A stretch of DNA of 63,308 bases, filler included, from Sphingomonadaceae bacterium (GTDB lineage: Bacteria; Chloroflexota; UBA6077): assembly GCA_050261575.1 (NCBI GenBank). It is 4 parts of 4 records of this genome, joined end to end, with 100 filler letters (N's around TTAATTAATTAA, not from the genome) between each part and the next. Parts side by side here need not be neighbours in the genome. Positions count along the whole stretch, not along the records: positions 14,695 to 38,883 come from JBLNDL010000047.1; 3 more parts are not named here. One strand, given 5' to 3'. Within the stretch, counting starts at the first letter, position 1; each line of letters begins with the position of its first letter. A model generated the notes under the pieces. It saw nothing but the letters and a program-made list of their open reading frames with translations. It was not told the origin of the DNA and searched no databases. The position numbers and the translations under genes are program-made. Shown here piece by piece: positions 17,937 through 28,279 of the stretch.

Positions 17937-19181
17937 ATGAAACTGGCCATAATCCACGACTACCTGAACCAATACGGCGGGGCGGAGCGGGTGCTGGAGG
18001 AGCTCCACGAGCTGTTCCCGGAGGCGCCCATCTACACCTCCATCTACGATGCCTCCACCATGCCTGCCCAGTATCGAAGCTGGGACATCCGCACCTCCTT
18101 CATGCAGCGCTTGCCCGGAGTGATGCGCCACCACCAAGCGTTCCTCCCCTTCTACCCGATGGCCTTCGAGGGCTTCGACCTCAGCGACTACGACGTGGTA
18201 CTCAGCAACAGCAGCGCCTGGAGCAAAGGGGTTCACACCCCACCCACCACCCTGCACCTCTGCTACTGCCTCACCCCCATGCGCTGGGTCTGGAACTATC
18301 ACGAGTACGTGCAGCGGGAGCGCTTCGGCAGGCCGATACGCCTGGCGCTGCCGGCCATGATGAACTGGCTCCGCCTCTGGGATCGGGTCACCGCCGACGG
18401 GGTGGATCACTTTGCAACCATCTCTCGCACCGTCGCGGCCAGGGTTGCCAAGTACTACCGGCGCGAGTCGTCGGTGGTCTATCCACCCGTGGACACCTCC
18501 TCCTTCCAGATCTCCGACTCCCACGACGGCTACTTCCTGGTGGTATCCCGGCTGATACCGTACAAGCGGATCGACATAGTGGTGGAGGCTTTCAACCGGC
18601 TGGGGCTCCCGCTGGTGATCGTCGGAGACGGCCGGGACCGGGCGGCGCTGCAGGCGAGGGCAAAGCCGAACATCACCTTCCTGGGCAAGATCCCGGACGA
18701 AGAGGTGCGGCGCCACTACTCTCGCTGCCGCGCCTTCATCTTCCCGGGCGAGGAGGACTTCGGCATCACCCCTGTCGAGGCCCAGGCCTCGGGGCGGCCG
18801 GTCATCGCCTATGCGGGGGGCGGCGCGCTGGACACGGTGCTCGACGGGGTCACGGGCAAGCTGTTCCATCCCCAGACTCCGGAGGCGCTGGCCGAGGCAG
18901 TCACCTCCTTCGACGAGGCCAGCTACGATCCGATCGCTATCCGCCGCAACGCCCAGAGGTTCGACACCGCCTGCTTCCGACGGATGCTGCTGCAGTTCGT
19001 CGAGCGGCACTACACAGAGCACCGTTCCCAGCGCATCCTGGCCAGGGGCCGCCCAGAGGTTGGGCAGGGGCTTGTCCCGCGTCGCCCGATGGCGGAAGAC
19101 AACGTCGATGAAGTAGGGCGGGGTCTCGCGCTCCGCCGTCCGGATGCGGGCAAGACGCCTACCCCCCGGAGGGATGCTTGA
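17937..19181 (+). CDS. Glycosyltransferase family 4 (WbaZ-like)
   Basis: MKLAIIHDYLNQYGGAERVL, VSRLIPYKRID, EEDFGITPVEAQASGRPVIAY. The last ~45 aa look repeat-derived. Confidence 0.92.
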   Translation: MKLAIIHDYLNQYGGAERVLEELHELFPEAPIYTSIYDASTMPAQYRSWDIRTSFMQRLPGVMRHHQAFLPFYPMAFEGFDLSDYDVVLSNSSAWSKGVHTPPTTLHLCYCLTPMRWVWNYHEYVQRERFGRPIRLALPAMMNWLRLWDRVTADGVDHFATISRTVAARVAKYYRRESSVVYPPVDTSSFQISDSHDGYFLVVSRLIPYKRIDIVVEAFNRLGLPLVIVGDGRDRAALQARAKPNITFLGKIPDEEVRRHYSRCRAFIFPGEEDFGITPVEAQASGRPVIAYAGGGALDTVLDGVTGKLFHPQTPEALAEAVTSFDEASYDPIAIRRNAQRFDTACFRRMLLQFVERHYTEHRSQRILARGRPEVGQGLVPRRPMAEDNVDEVGRGLALRRPDAGKTPTPRRDA

Positions 19182-20737
19182 GAAGCTCCACCCTCCGGTC
19201 CCGCCCGTGGGCTCAGCCGGCGGTGGCCTGCCTGCTGATCGCCGCCACCGCGGCCTCTCGCGTCCCCTTCACCTCGCAGATGCTCTACGCCTGGGCCCCC
19301 GCCAACTTCGCCCTGGCCCTGCAGCAGTACAACGTCGTCTTCCACCAGCCCCACCCTCCCGGCTACCCCCTCTACGTGGGCATCGCCAAGCTGGTGGATC
19401 TGTGGGTCCAGAACCCCAACGCCAGCCTCGTCTACGTCGGCATCGCCGCCAGCGCCGGGGCCGTGGCGGCCCTCTTCCTGCTGGCATCCAGGATGTACGA
19501 CGTGTGGGTCGGCATCGGCTCGGCCGTCATCCTCGGTGCCAGCGTCGGCTTCTGGGGCTACGGCGAGGTCGCCTATCCCCACACCTCCGTGGCGTTCTTC
19601 GGCACCCTGCTGGCGTGGCTCTGCTACCTCATGTGGCAGGGCCACCGGTCCGTTGCAGTGCTCAGCGGCCTGGTCCTGGGCATCGCCGGAGGGGTTCGCC
19701 AGGATACCCTGCTCTTCCTCGGTCCGCTCTGGCTGCTGAGCGTCTGGCGCACCGGCTTCCTTCGGCTGCTCCTCAGCGCCCTCGTCCTCTGCCTGGTGGC
19801 CGCCTCCTGGACGATACCGGCCGTCCAGCTCTCGGGCGGCTGGGAGGCGTACTGGCAAGCCGTCGAGGCGCAGAGCAGCCACGCCCTCTCCGCCCACTCT
19901 CTCATCTTCGCTGGAGGCGTCGACCTGGGACGCAACATGGATACCCTCCTGCTCTTCCTGCAGCAGACGTTCGGACTCAGCCTGGCCGTCACCGTCTACT
20001 TCGCCGGCAGATTCCTCACCTTCAAGGCATTGGTGGCGGACCACCGCCTCTCGTTTCTGCTGTTGTGGCTCCTGCCCCCGACCATTGCGTACCTCCTGGT
20101 CCAAGTCGACGACCCGGGTTACGTTCTCTCCCTGCTCCCCGTTGTAAGTATCGTGACAGGCATCGCGGTCCGAGACATCGCCTACGACATCCGCTCCGCC
20201 CTTCTGCTACTCTCCAGCCGCAGCCGCCGCCTCTCGCCGCTGGCCGGCCTGGCGGGATGGGGCCCGCCGTCGCTGGGGAGCCTGCTGGTGGCAGGGTTGG
20301 TCGCGTGGAACGTCCATGCCTTCGTCGCCACGCCGGGCCCGGTGAGGCTCACCGAGATCCGGGCTATCGACAACATGGTGGCCAAACAAGTAGAGTACGC
20401 CCGTCAATTCCAGCCTGGCACCGTGGTGATCCTCGCCATGGAACGCTTCAGGCAGTTCAAGTACTACCTGCCCGAGTATGACCTCCGGCCGCTGTTCGAT
20501 GAGCACCAGGGAGGCTACCGGGAAACCAGAAGCCGCTACACGATCCCTGCCGGGGTGACCACCGTCCTGGTGATGGACTTCGGCAAGGAGCCGGCCTCGA
20601 TCCCCAGCGAACTGGGCGAAGAGGTCCCGGTAGATAGCGACCCACGGCGTCCGGTTGGCCTCTGGCGCTTCGCCGTCAGCCCGGGGGATACCATAGAGTA
20701 CGGTTACGATTACTTTGCGGTGAACGGGAGGAGCTGA
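19178..20737 (+). CDS. GT-C-like polytopic membrane protein (DUF2723/PMT-like)
   Basis: 519 aa, multiple TM segments, HQPHPPGYPLY motif, GGVRQD. Start overlaps the upstream stop. Confidence 0.7.
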   Translation: MRSSTLRSRPWAQPAVACLLIAATAASRVPFTSQMLYAWAPANFALALQQYNVVFHQPHPPGYPLYVGIAKLVDLWVQNPNASLVYVGIAASAGAVAALFLLASRMYDVWVGIGSAVILGASVGFWGYGEVAYPHTSVAFFGTLLAWLCYLMWQGHRSVAVLSGLVLGIAGGVRQDTLLFLGPLWLLSVWRTGFLRLLLSALVLCLVAASWTIPAVQLSGGWEAYWQAVEAQSSHALSAHSLIFAGGVDLGRNMDTLLLFLQQTFGLSLAVTVYFAGRFLTFKALVADHRLSFLLLWLLPPTIAYLLVQVDDPGYVLSLLPVVSIVTGIAVRDIAYDIRSALLLLSSRSRRLSPLAGLAGWGPPSLGSLLVAGLVAWNVHAFVATPGPVRLTEIRAIDNMVAKQVEYARQFQPGTVVILAMERFRQFKYYLPEYDLRPLFDEHQGGYRETRSRYTIPAGVTTVLVMDFGKEPASIPSELGEEVPVDSDPRRPVGLWRFAVSPGDTIEYGYDYFAVNGRS

Positions 20738-20739
20738 GA

Positions 20740-21423
20740 TTGGAGCTACGGGAGTATTGGGCGATCGTGGCCCGGCGCTGGCCGTTGATCGGGGTCGTCA
20801 CGATCCTCACCTTCGCGGCGAGCCTTTACATGGTGTGGTTCGGTCCCACCTACTACAAGTCGGAGCTGCGGCTGGCGGTCAGCATCAAGCCCGAGCCAGC
20901 TCCACCTCCGGGCCAGAAGGACTACTACACCTACGACCGCTACTACACCTGGCTCACCGCCGAGTATCTGGTTGACGATCTGGGCGAGGTGATCAGGAGC
21001 GACGCCTTCCTGAAGGAGGTCTCTCAGCGGCTGGGCGGCATGTCCGTCGGCAAGGAGGCCATCCGCCGCGATCTCAGCGTCAAGAAGACCCACCGCATCC
21101 TTACCATAGTGGTTACCACGCAGAACCCCCACACCAGCTTCGTCGTGGCCAACGCGATCAAGGAGACCCTGGATGAGCGCGCCCACGACTTCTTCGCCCA
21201 ACTTGACTCCGAGAACGCCGTGATCCAGATGCTGGACGATCCGGTGGCCGAGGCCGAGATGGGAACGATGCGCAAGCTGATCGAGATAGGGCTCAGGACC
21301 ATCGTCGCCTTCTTAGCGGCGATTGGGCTGGCCTTCCTGCTCCACTACCTCGATCCCACGGTGCGCGACTCCCAGGAGGCCGAGCGGCTCCTCGGGCTGC
21401 CGGTCCTCGCAGAGTTGCCTTGA
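20740..21423 (+). CDS. Wzz/CapA/YveK-like polysaccharide co-polymerase
   Basis: MELREYWAIVARRW, two TM helices, C-terminal YLDPTVRD..EAERLLGLPVLAELP. Confidence 0.85.
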   Translation: MELREYWAIVARRWPLIGVVTILTFAASLYMVWFGPTYYKSELRLAVSIKPEPAPPPGQKDYYTYDRYYTWLTAEYLVDDLGEVIRSDAFLKEVSQRLGGMSVGKEAIRRDLSVKKTHRILTIVVTTQNPHTSFVVANAIKETLDERAHDFFAQLDSENAVIQMLDDPVAEAEMGTMRKLIEIGLRTIVAFLAAIGLAFLLHYLDPTVRDSQEAERLLGLPVLAELP

Positions 21424-21447
21424 CAGTAAGCAAAGAGCGACGCTATA

Positions 21448-22134
21448 GTGCCCAACGTTCAGGACGCGGAGAAGGCAGTGCAGCTAAAGGACTTCCTGGC
21501 AGCGATCTCCAGGCGGTGGTGGATTATCGTTCTCGTTGCTCTGTCCGCCACCGTGTGCAGCTACTTCCTCGTTAAGTCCCAATCGCCGGTCTACCGCTCG
21601 TCCGTGTTGCTGATGAGCGCTGCCCGCCTCGATTGGGGCACCACCATGACGGTCCAGGTCCTCCTTCGGCAACAAGAAGAGGAACTCAAGACCCTGGCGC
21701 TCGCCTCCAAGGTGAAGGAGCGAATGGGGCTGGATCTTTCGCCAGAATCGATCCGGAGTAAGATCAAGACCAAGTCCTACGCCGATTCCATAACGGTCCA
21801 CCTGGACGTGGAGGATCAGGACCCGGAGCGGGCGCGCCGGATCGCCCTCGGCTACGGCCGGGTCTTCGAGGAGGAGAAGGCCGCACAGTACGCGGTGGCC
21901 ACGCCGGAGAACCGCGTCCAGGTGGCGATGCTCGAGGAGCCGCAGCCGGGAACGTTGGTTCGTCCCAACACCAAGTACACCGTGGCTGCCGGAGCGATCC
22001 TGGGGCTGATCCTCGGGATGGCCCTGGCGGCGCTGCTGGAGTACCTGGACGATACCCTGAAAACCTCCGAGGATGTGGCTCGCCACCTCGAGGTTCCGAT
22101 CCTCGGCACGATCCCAAAGACCAGTAACGAGTGA
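21448..22134 (+). CDS. Second Wzz/CapA/YveK-like polysaccharide co-polymerase
   Basis: LKDFLAAISRRWWII, PVYRSS, two TM helices, LEYLDDTLKTSEDV..LEVPILGTIP. Confidence 0.87.
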   Translation: MPNVQDAEKAVQLKDFLAAISRRWWIIVLVALSATVCSYFLVKSQSPVYRSSVLLMSAARLDWGTTMTVQVLLRQQEEELKTLALASKVKERMGLDLSPESIRSKIKTKSYADSITVHLDVEDQDPERARRIALGYGRVFEEEKAAQYAVATPENRVQVAMLEEPQPGTLVRPNTKYTVAAGAILGLILGMALAALLEYLDDTLKTSEDVARHLEVPILGTIPKTSNE

Positions 22135-22181
22135 CGAGTAATCAGCGGGGTACTCATGACTCATTGCTCATCACTCGTCAC
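22124..22181. repeat. Inverted tandem heptamer repeats
   Basis: GTAACGA GTGACGA GTAATCA ... CTCATGA CTCATTG CTCATCA CTCGTCA. Confidence 0.7.
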
Positions 22182-22204
22182 CCGATCATGGAGGCAGACG
22201 TCAG

Positions 22205-22879
22205 GTGAAGGCAGGCGCTGATAGGCTCGTTACCCTCAGCGATCCCAGGTCGCCGGCGGCGGAGGCTTACCGAAGCCTCAGAACCAACATCCAATTCAGT
22301 TGTGTGGACACCCCCCCGCGAACGCTGCTGGTCACGGGCACGGAGGCCGACGAAGGCAAGTCCACGGTCCTGTGCAACCTGGCGGTCACCATCGCCCAGG
22401 CCGGGACCAGGGTCATCGTCGTCGACTGCGACCTTCGCCGGCCATCGGTGCACGAGATCTTCGGCCTGGCCAACGACAAGGGGCTCGCCACCGCGCTGGT
22501 CGAGGAAGGAGAAGCGCTTCCCCTGCAGCAGACCGCAGTCCCCAACCTGCGGCTGCTCGCGGCCGGTCCCATGCCGCCCAGTCCCGCCGACCTCCTCGGA
22601 TCACAGAGGATGCGCAGCTTGATCGACGACCTGGTCGCGTCCGCGGATCTGGTGCTCTTCGATGGGCCGCCCGTCGGCCTCTTCGCCGACTCCCAACTGC
22701 TGGCCTCTAGGGTCGATGGAACGATCCTGGTGCTTACCGCCGGAAAGACCCGGCGCGAGGCGGCAAACCGGGCCAAGGCCCTGCTCGAGAAGGCCAACGC
22801 CAGGATCCTGGGAGTGGTGCTCAGCAACGCCCGACTGGACCAGGGTCTGTACCGCTATTACAGCTCCCGAGGTCGATAA
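22205..22879 (+). CDS. CpsD/CapB-family bacterial tyrosine kinase
   Basis: PRSPAAEAYRSLRTNI, Walker A EGKST, A' VDCDLRRP, B VLFDGPP, short C-terminal Tyr cluster YRYY. Confidence 0.92.
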   Translation: MKAGADRLVTLSDPRSPAAEAYRSLRTNIQFSCVDTPPRTLLVTGTEADEGKSTVLCNLAVTIAQAGTRVIVVDCDLRRPSVHEIFGLANDKGLATALVEEGEALPLQQTAVPNLRLLAAGPMPPSPADLLGSQRMRSLIDDLVASADLVLFDGPPVGLFADSQLLASRVDGTILVLTAGKTRREAANRAKALLEKANARILGVVLSNARLDQGLYRYYSSRGR

Positions 22880-23066
22880 TCGATCTTCACTGCCACGTTT
22901 CGGACGTTCCATCCCGTCGGGGACGAGCCTCGACGCCAATAGCAGTCGGCAGGACTCGGCACGGAGTCGCGGAGACCATCGAGACCACACCAAGAGGCCT
23001 CTGTCACTCTCCCGTGATCTACGTGCATGCGCGGTCGTGCCAGGGTTTCGAAGTGGAGGACGAGAG

Positions 23067-23837
23067 ATGAAAGGCGTAGTGCTGGCAGGAGGCAGCGGGA
23101 CCCGACTGTATCCCTTGACGCGCATCACCAACAAGCACCTCCTCCCCGTCTACGATAAGCCGATGATCTACTACCCGATCCAGACGCTGGTCAACGCGGG
23201 GATCACCGACATCCTCCTCGTGACCGGCGGGAACAACGCTGGAGACTTCCTTCGTCTGTTGGGCAACGGTCGAGAATTCGGCCTCAAGCACATCAACTAC
23301 ACCTATCAGGAGCGAGCAGGCGGCATCGCCGAGGCCCTGGGGTTGGCCGAGCACTTCGTGGACGGCCAGAAGATGGTGGTGATCCTGGGTGACAACATCA
23401 TCGAGGGCAACATCCGCGCCGCAGTCCAGGCTTTCGAGGGGCAGGAGAAAGGCGCCAAGGTGCTGCTGAAGGAGGTCCCGGATCCGGAGAACTACGGCGT
23501 GCCGGTCCTGGAAGGGGACCGCATCGTGAGGATCGAGGAGAAGCCCGCCAACCCAGCCACCAACTACGCCGTCATCGGCATCTACATGTACGATGCGTCG
23601 GTCTTCGACGTCATCAAGACGCTGAAGCCGTCGGGCCGAGGCGAACTGGAGATCACCGACGTCAACAACGCCTTCATCGAGGCGGGCACGATGACGTGGG
23701 ACGTTCTGGAGGGCTTCTGGGCCGACGCGGGGGCCTCCATCGACGCTTACCTTGGAGCCAACAACCAGGTTGCCCAGTATGGAGCCAACAAACTGAAGCT
23801 ATCAGCCATCAGCCATGAGCCATCAGCGGTGGTTTAG
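23067..23837 (+). CDS. rmlA: Glucose-1-phosphate thymidylyltransferase (RmlA/SpsI-like)
   Basis: MKGVVLAGGSGTRLYPLT..NKHLLPVYDKPMIYYP, PSGRGELEITD; GGAGGA upstream of ATG 23067; 256 aa. Confidence 0.88.
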   Translation: MKGVVLAGGSGTRLYPLTRITNKHLLPVYDKPMIYYPIQTLVNAGITDILLVTGGNNAGDFLRLLGNGREFGLKHINYTYQERAGGIAEALGLAEHFVDGQKMVVILGDNIIEGNIRAAVQAFEGQEKGAKVLLKEVPDPENYGVPVLEGDRIVRIEEKPANPATNYAVIGIYMYDASVFDVIKTLKPSGRGELEITDVNNAFIEAGTMTWDVLEGFWADAGASIDAYLGANNQVAQYGANKLKLSAISHEPSAVV

Positions 23838-23866
23838 CGCGCTGGCTGATGGCTCGTGGCGACAGC
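23798..23866. repeat. Inverted tandem heptamer repeats overlapping the rmlA 3' end
   Basis: GCTATCA GCCATCA GCCATGA GCCATCA ... GCTGATG GCTCGTG. Confidence 0.65.
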
Positions 23867-23888
23867 TACTTATAGAGGTATGCGAACA

Positions 23889-24887
23889 ATGAGATTGCTG
23901 GTCACCGGTGGCGCCGGTTTCATCGGGAGCAACTTCGTCCGCTATACACTCTCCCGATACCCCGACTACCAGGTGGTGGTGCTAGACAAGCTGACCTACG
24001 CCGGCAACCTGGCCAACCTCGCGGACATGGCCGATAACCCCAACTACCGCTTCGTGCGGGGCGACATCGCCGACCAGCAGTTGGTGGATGGCCTCGCGGC
24101 GGAAGTGGATGCAATCGTCAACTTTGCCGCGGAAACCCACGTGGACCGCTCCATCATGGACGCGGGAAGCTTCATCCAGACCGACGTCTACGGCACCTTC
24201 GTGCTGCTCGAGGCAGCCCGCAAGCACAAGATCAAGCGCTTCCTCCAGGTGAGCACGGACGAGGTCTACGGCGATGTCCCGGTCGGCTCCTCCGTGGAGG
24301 ACGATCCCATGAGGCCCCGCAGCCCCTACTCGGCCAGCAAGGCTGGCGGCGAGATGATGGTCCAGGCGTACCACGTCACCTACGACCTGCCAGTGCTGAT
24401 CACCAGAGGATCCAACAACTACGGCCCCTACCAGTATCCCGAGAAGCTGATACCGGTGCTGATCACCAACGCCCTGGACGATCAGGAGCTCCCCATCTAC
24501 GGCGACGGCAAGCAGGTGCGAGACTGGCTCCACGTGCTGGACCACTGCAGCGGCATCGACGTTGTGCTGCACCACGGCGAAATCGGTGAGGCATACAACG
24601 TCGGCGGGGGGAACGAGCGGATGAACCTGGACATCGCCGGCCAGGTTCTGGAGCTGCTGCGCAAGCCCCGATCGCTCCTCCGCTTCGTCCAGGATCGCCC
24701 TGGCCACGACCGCCGCTACTCCCTGGACTGTAGCAAGCTGCGGAAGCTGGGATGGGCACCTGCCCGCCAGTTCGAGGAGGGTTTGGCGGAGACCGTTCGG
24801 TGGTACGTCGAAAACGAGGCCTGGTGGCGCCCTCTCAAGTCGGGGGAGTACTGGGAGTATTACCGGAAGAACTACAAGCCGCTGTAG
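23889..24887 (+). CDS. rmlB: dTDP-glucose 4,6-dehydratase
   Basis: LVTGGAGFIGSNF, DKLTYAGN, AAETHVDRSI, STDEVYG, PYSASKA, NNYGPYQYPEKLIP, DRPGHDRRY; 332 aa. Confidence 0.95.
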   Translation: MRLLVTGGAGFIGSNFVRYTLSRYPDYQVVVLDKLTYAGNLANLADMADNPNYRFVRGDIADQQLVDGLAAEVDAIVNFAAETHVDRSIMDAGSFIQTDVYGTFVLLEAARKHKIKRFLQVSTDEVYGDVPVGSSVEDDPMRPRSPYSASKAGGEMMVQAYHVTYDLPVLITRGSNNYGPYQYPEKLIPVLITNALDDQELPIYGDGKQVRDWLHVLDHCSGIDVVLHHGEIGEAYNVGGGNERMNLDIAGQVLELLRKPRSLLRFVQDRPGHDRRYSLDCSKLRKLGWAPARQFEEGLAETVRWYVENEAWWRPLKSGEYWEYYRKNYKPL

Positions 24888-24914
24888 ACCCTGCCCCAAA
24901 CGGCCGCAACTCCT

Positions 24915-24958
24915 AGGAGCGAGCACGGTGCCGCGACGCAGCCGCCGTGCTCGCTCCT
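24915..24958. terminator. 14-bp stem-loop between convergent rmlB and kinase genes
   Basis: AGGAGCGAGCACGG ... CCGTGCTCGCTCCT perfect inverted repeat; weak U-tract. Confidence 0.5.
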
Positions 24959-25085
24959 TCCGCGTCCCCAGCACCGGCGGTCGCCCACAGCGAGGAGCCC
25001 CGTTCGGACTGATGGCCAGGCTCCTCGGAGGCCACCCGGCGGAAGGGCTCGCACCCTCTCCTCTCGCGAGTCTAGTCCTCCGCCC

Positions 25086-26666
25086 TCAGCCCTCGGTTTT
25101 CAGCCCTTGGCCCTCGTCCACCGGCAGGCCGAAGCTGAAGGTGCTGCCCTTCCCCACCTCGCTCTGCACCGCCACCCGGCCGCCGTGGGCCACCACGATC
25201 ATCCGGCTGATGTACAGCCCCAAACCCAGCCCATCCGCCTTCTTCCTCGAAGCTGCTCTATAGCAGCGATCGAAGATGCGGGGAATCTCCTCCCGCGGGA
25301 TGCCCTCCCCTCGGTCCGTCACCGACACCCTCACCTCGCCCCCTTCGAGACGCAGCCGGATCAGCACGGGGCTGTCCTCCGGGGAGTACTTCAGGGCGTT
25401 GGTAACGAGGTTCGCCACCACCCGCTCGATCCGGTCCGGATCCAGGAGCACCTCGGGCACGCCCTCGGCGCACTCCAGGTGGAGCCGGTCCCTGTCCTCC
25501 GGCGAGGCCACCCGATCGACGATCTCCGCCAGCAACCGGCGTAGGTCGGTCGGTTGCCTGCGCAACTCCAGTTGCCCCGACTCCAGATGGACCGTCTCCA
25601 CCAGGTCGCGAATCATACAGTTCATCCGGTTGGCGCTCTTGATGATGGCATCGGCACTGCTCGCCTCTCGCTGAAGGCCTTGCCGTGTCAGGAGGCGGTT
25701 CAGCAACTCGGCGTGGCCCCGGATGGCCGTCAACGGATTCCGCAGGTCGTGCGATATGAGCGAGACGTACTCCTCACGGAACTGCTCCGCACGCTTTCGC
25801 TCCGCGACCTCCTTCTCCAGATCCCGATTGGCGGAGGCCAATTGCGCGGTGCGCTCCTCGACTCGCTTCTCCAGATCCAGATTCAGCTCCTTTAGCTGCC
25901 TGTAGGGCGCATCGATCCCTCGGCTCACCACCGCCAGGTACACCAGGTAGTAGGTACCCAACTCCAGCATGTGGCCCGCGAAGTTCATCACGCCGTACAC
26001 GTCGGTGTAGAGGGTGAAGCTCAGCTCGGTCGCGATGGTGAGGACCATCGCCGCCACCACCAGGAGGTACATGGACCGGTCCATCCTCTCCCTCCACCTG
26101 CGGAGCAGCACGATCCCCAGCAGGGCCAGGATGGACACGACGTACTCGCTCACCACCTTGAAGGTGGTCAAACCCTGCCCCTCCACGAAGCAATCAGGGA
26201 AGACGCGGTACAACAGAATGGACGCCAACACGGCGCTGGTGATGGCCGAGTAGAGTGGAAAGATCAGGTGGCGCGGATACTTCCGGTTAAGATAGCGAGG
26301 CGCGAGGCAGAGAGACAGGGCCGCCATGTATCGCTCCGCTATCCACAACTGAGTGGGCGCGTTGGCCCCGTAACCCTGGAGGACCGCCATCCCTTGGTAG
26401 GTTATGGTGTGAAAGAAGTCGATGACGGAGACGAAGAGGAAAGCATCGGCCAGGAAGCGCAGGAAGTCGTTGTTGGAGTAGCGGTAGCTGCGACTGCCCA
26501 CGACGTATATCAGGGCAGCCACCACGATGCCGAGGCTCTCTGCCGCAACGTGGAACAGCAGATAGTTCTGGCGGGCTACCGCGTACACGGCCGGCACGAG
26601 CAGCACGAGCAGGCCGATGGTTCGGCGGCTCGGCAGAAGGTTGGACGAATCCTCAGCGACCTTCAC
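25086..26666 (-). CDS. MASE3-domain membrane sensor histidine kinase
   Basis: N-terminal [30 protein letters not shown] (MASE3-like); H-box [11 protein letters not shown] and G boxes [22 protein letters not shown]. Confidence 0.9.
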   Translation of the reverse strand: MKVAEDSSNLLPSRRTIGLLVLLVPAVYAVARQNYLLFHVAAESLGIVVAALIYVVGSRSYRYSNNDFLRFLADAFLFVSVIDFFHTITYQGMAVLQGYGANAPTQLWIAERYMAALSLCLAPRYLNRKYPRHLIFPLYSAITSAVLASILLYRVFPDCFVEGQGLTTFKVVSEYVVSILALLGIVLLRRWRERMDRSMYLLVVAAMVLTIATELSFTLYTDVYGVMNFAGHMLELGTYYLVYLAVVSRGIDAPYRQLKELNLDLEKRVEERTAQLASANRDLEKEVAERKRAEQFREEYVSLISHDLRNPLTAIRGHAELLNRLLTRQGLQREASSADAIIKSANRMNCMIRDLVETVHLESGQLELRRQPTDLRRLLAEIVDRVASPEDRDRLHLECAEGVPEVLLDPDRIERVVANLVTNALKYSPEDSPVLIRLRLEGGEVRVSVTDRGEGIPREEIPRIFDRCYRAASRKKADGLGLGLYISRMIVVAHGGRVAVQSEVGKGSTFSFGLPVDEGQGLKTEG

Positions 26667-27030
26667 CGACGCCTCCGATCCTGTCTTCGCACCCGATCCT
26701 GCACGTAGCCCGTCCCGTCTCGATCACTGCTGGCGTTCTTGCGCTGATGGAGAGAAGGTGGACAGCGGGAAGCCACGACCGGCTCCGGGGGTATGCTAGC
26801 AGCAGCGTGCCGTACCGATCAAGCACCCGCTTCCCGTCTGCGGCCGCGCCGCGGCGGGCGCGGCGCGCTCCAGATGCGCAACCCCGGCCAAACGTCCGAG
26901 TATGTCGACTTAGAAGCTCAGGGAGTAGTTGATGTTGCGGGCAGAAGGCTGAGCGGCCACCAGGCGCTAGTGCATTAACCTCGATCCGCCGACAGGGGTG
27001 TGGCTAGACTGGAGAGAGCCGCGGTGACTG

Positions 27031-27855
27031 CTAGATTCCGGAGTGCGCCCGCCCCCGGTCGTCTGAGGGCACGGCCTGCAGGAGTCTCTCGGGGTGAGAG
27101 TAGACCGATAGTCGGGAACCGCGAGCGTAACCCACGGCGGTGATCCCCAATTCACCGGCCATCCGCACGGCGTGATCGGTGGGCGAATTCAGCGACACGA
27201 CGATCGGCGCACCCATCTTCGCCGCTTTGGCCACCATCTCCGAGGAGAGCCTCCCCGTAGTCAACAGGATGCGCCCTTGCGTGCCGATATCGCGATAGAG
27301 GCACTCTCCCCAGATCTTGTCCAGGGTGTTGTGGCGACCGACGTCTCTGGACACCACCAGCAGCTCTTCTCCATCGGAGAGCGCCGAGACGTGCAGCCCG
27401 CACCGCTCCGCCAGACCGCCTAGCGGCCGAAGCATCAGCTTCATGCAGGCCAGCAACTGGGACGGGGAAACCCGGAGCTCCGAGGAAACCGGCACCAGGG
27501 AAGACCCGACATCGAACGTGACCCCGCCTCCGCAGCCGGAGGTCAGGATGCGCTTGCCAGCAAGCTCCCGTGGCCGCACCAAGCGTACGTCCGCGACCCG
27601 CTCGTCGTCGCACACCCGCATCAGCGAGATGTCGTCCAGGCGGTCTATCACTCCCTCAGAGCGCAGGAAGCCGACGACCAGGAAGTTCAGCTTCTCGGGG
27701 GTGCACATCAAGGTCGCCAACTCCACTCGATCCAGGTAGACGACGAGCGGCACCTCTCGCCCAACGTTGGCCGGCGCGCTCTCCCAGCCGCCCTGCTCGC
27801 TCCACGTGAACACGACCTGGCCGTTGGAGCCTCCGACCGCTTCGCCCTCCACCAT
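27031..27855 (-). CDS. fdhD: Formate dehydrogenase accessory sulfurtransferase FdhD
   Basis: TLMCTP, LVVGFLRSEG, TSGCGGG, DVGRHNTLDK, TTGRLSSEMVAKAA, VGYARG. Start ATG 27855, 274 aa. Confidence 0.92.
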   Translation of the reverse strand: MVEGEAVGGSNGQVVFTWSEQGGWESAPANVGREVPLVVYLDRVELATLMCTPEKLNFLVVGFLRSEGVIDRLDDISLMRVCDDERVADVRLVRPRELAGKRILTSGCGGGVTFDVGSSLVPVSSELRVSPSQLLACMKLMLRPLGGLAERCGLHVSALSDGEELLVVSRDVGRHNTLDKIWGECLYRDIGTQGRILLTTGRLSSEMVAKAAKMGAPIVVSLNSPTDHAVRMAGELGITAVGYARGSRLSVYSHPERLLQAVPSDDRGRAHSGI

Positions 27856-27909
27856 CCGTGTCGGCCCTTCCCCCACCAACGATCTGAGCACCGGCGATGC
27901 CACACCATT

Positions 27910-27939
27910 TCTATAGCCTCTGCTGCCCCGCGGTGTCAA
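27910..27939 (-). promoter_or_regulatory. Putative fdhD promoter TTGACA-N18-TATAGA
   Basis: Perfect -35 hexamer and a partial -10, about 55 nt upstream of the start. Confidence 0.4.
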
Positions 27940-28181
27940 GCTATGGGTTCTGGTGCTTCCCCACCTCTTCCCACTCGGCGAGCGACCGTGCCCAATCCCC
28001 ATCGCAGATAGCAGCAACTACCTATCGGGATCAACGCTACAGACCACCACGCCATCGCTCACGATGGCGGGCCATGCGCCCACGATGACAACGGAATGTG
28101 CCATCGACTTGCCGGGCGGACCACTGATTCCATCGCTCCGCAACTCGAGCCCCTGCCGGAGGCTGTTTCTCAGGTGGATCC

Positions 28182-28210
28182 TTTCAAAACGCGCCCGGCC
28201 GCGGTATAGT
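28182..28210 (+). promoter_or_regulatory. Putative promoter TTTCAA-N17-TATAGT for the GAF kinase
   Basis: Consensus-like boxes 70 nt upstream of ATG 28280. Confidence 0.4.
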
Positions 28211-28279
28211 TACTGAGGGACGCCCTGATGCAGGCGCAATGGTGCGATCTCCCCTGCATCGAACACTGTGAGGAGTGAC

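Noticed and set aside
22880..23066. N-terminal extension of the 391-aa ORF ahead of rmlA
   Set aside because: It overlaps cpsD out of frame; the true start is ATG 23067 with its own RBS and the family's typical MKG N-terminus.
26670..27030. 360-bp intergenic region upstream of the MASE3 kinase as a possible riboswitch
   Set aside because: Only scattered GC stems; no recognisable aptamer consensus or terminator.
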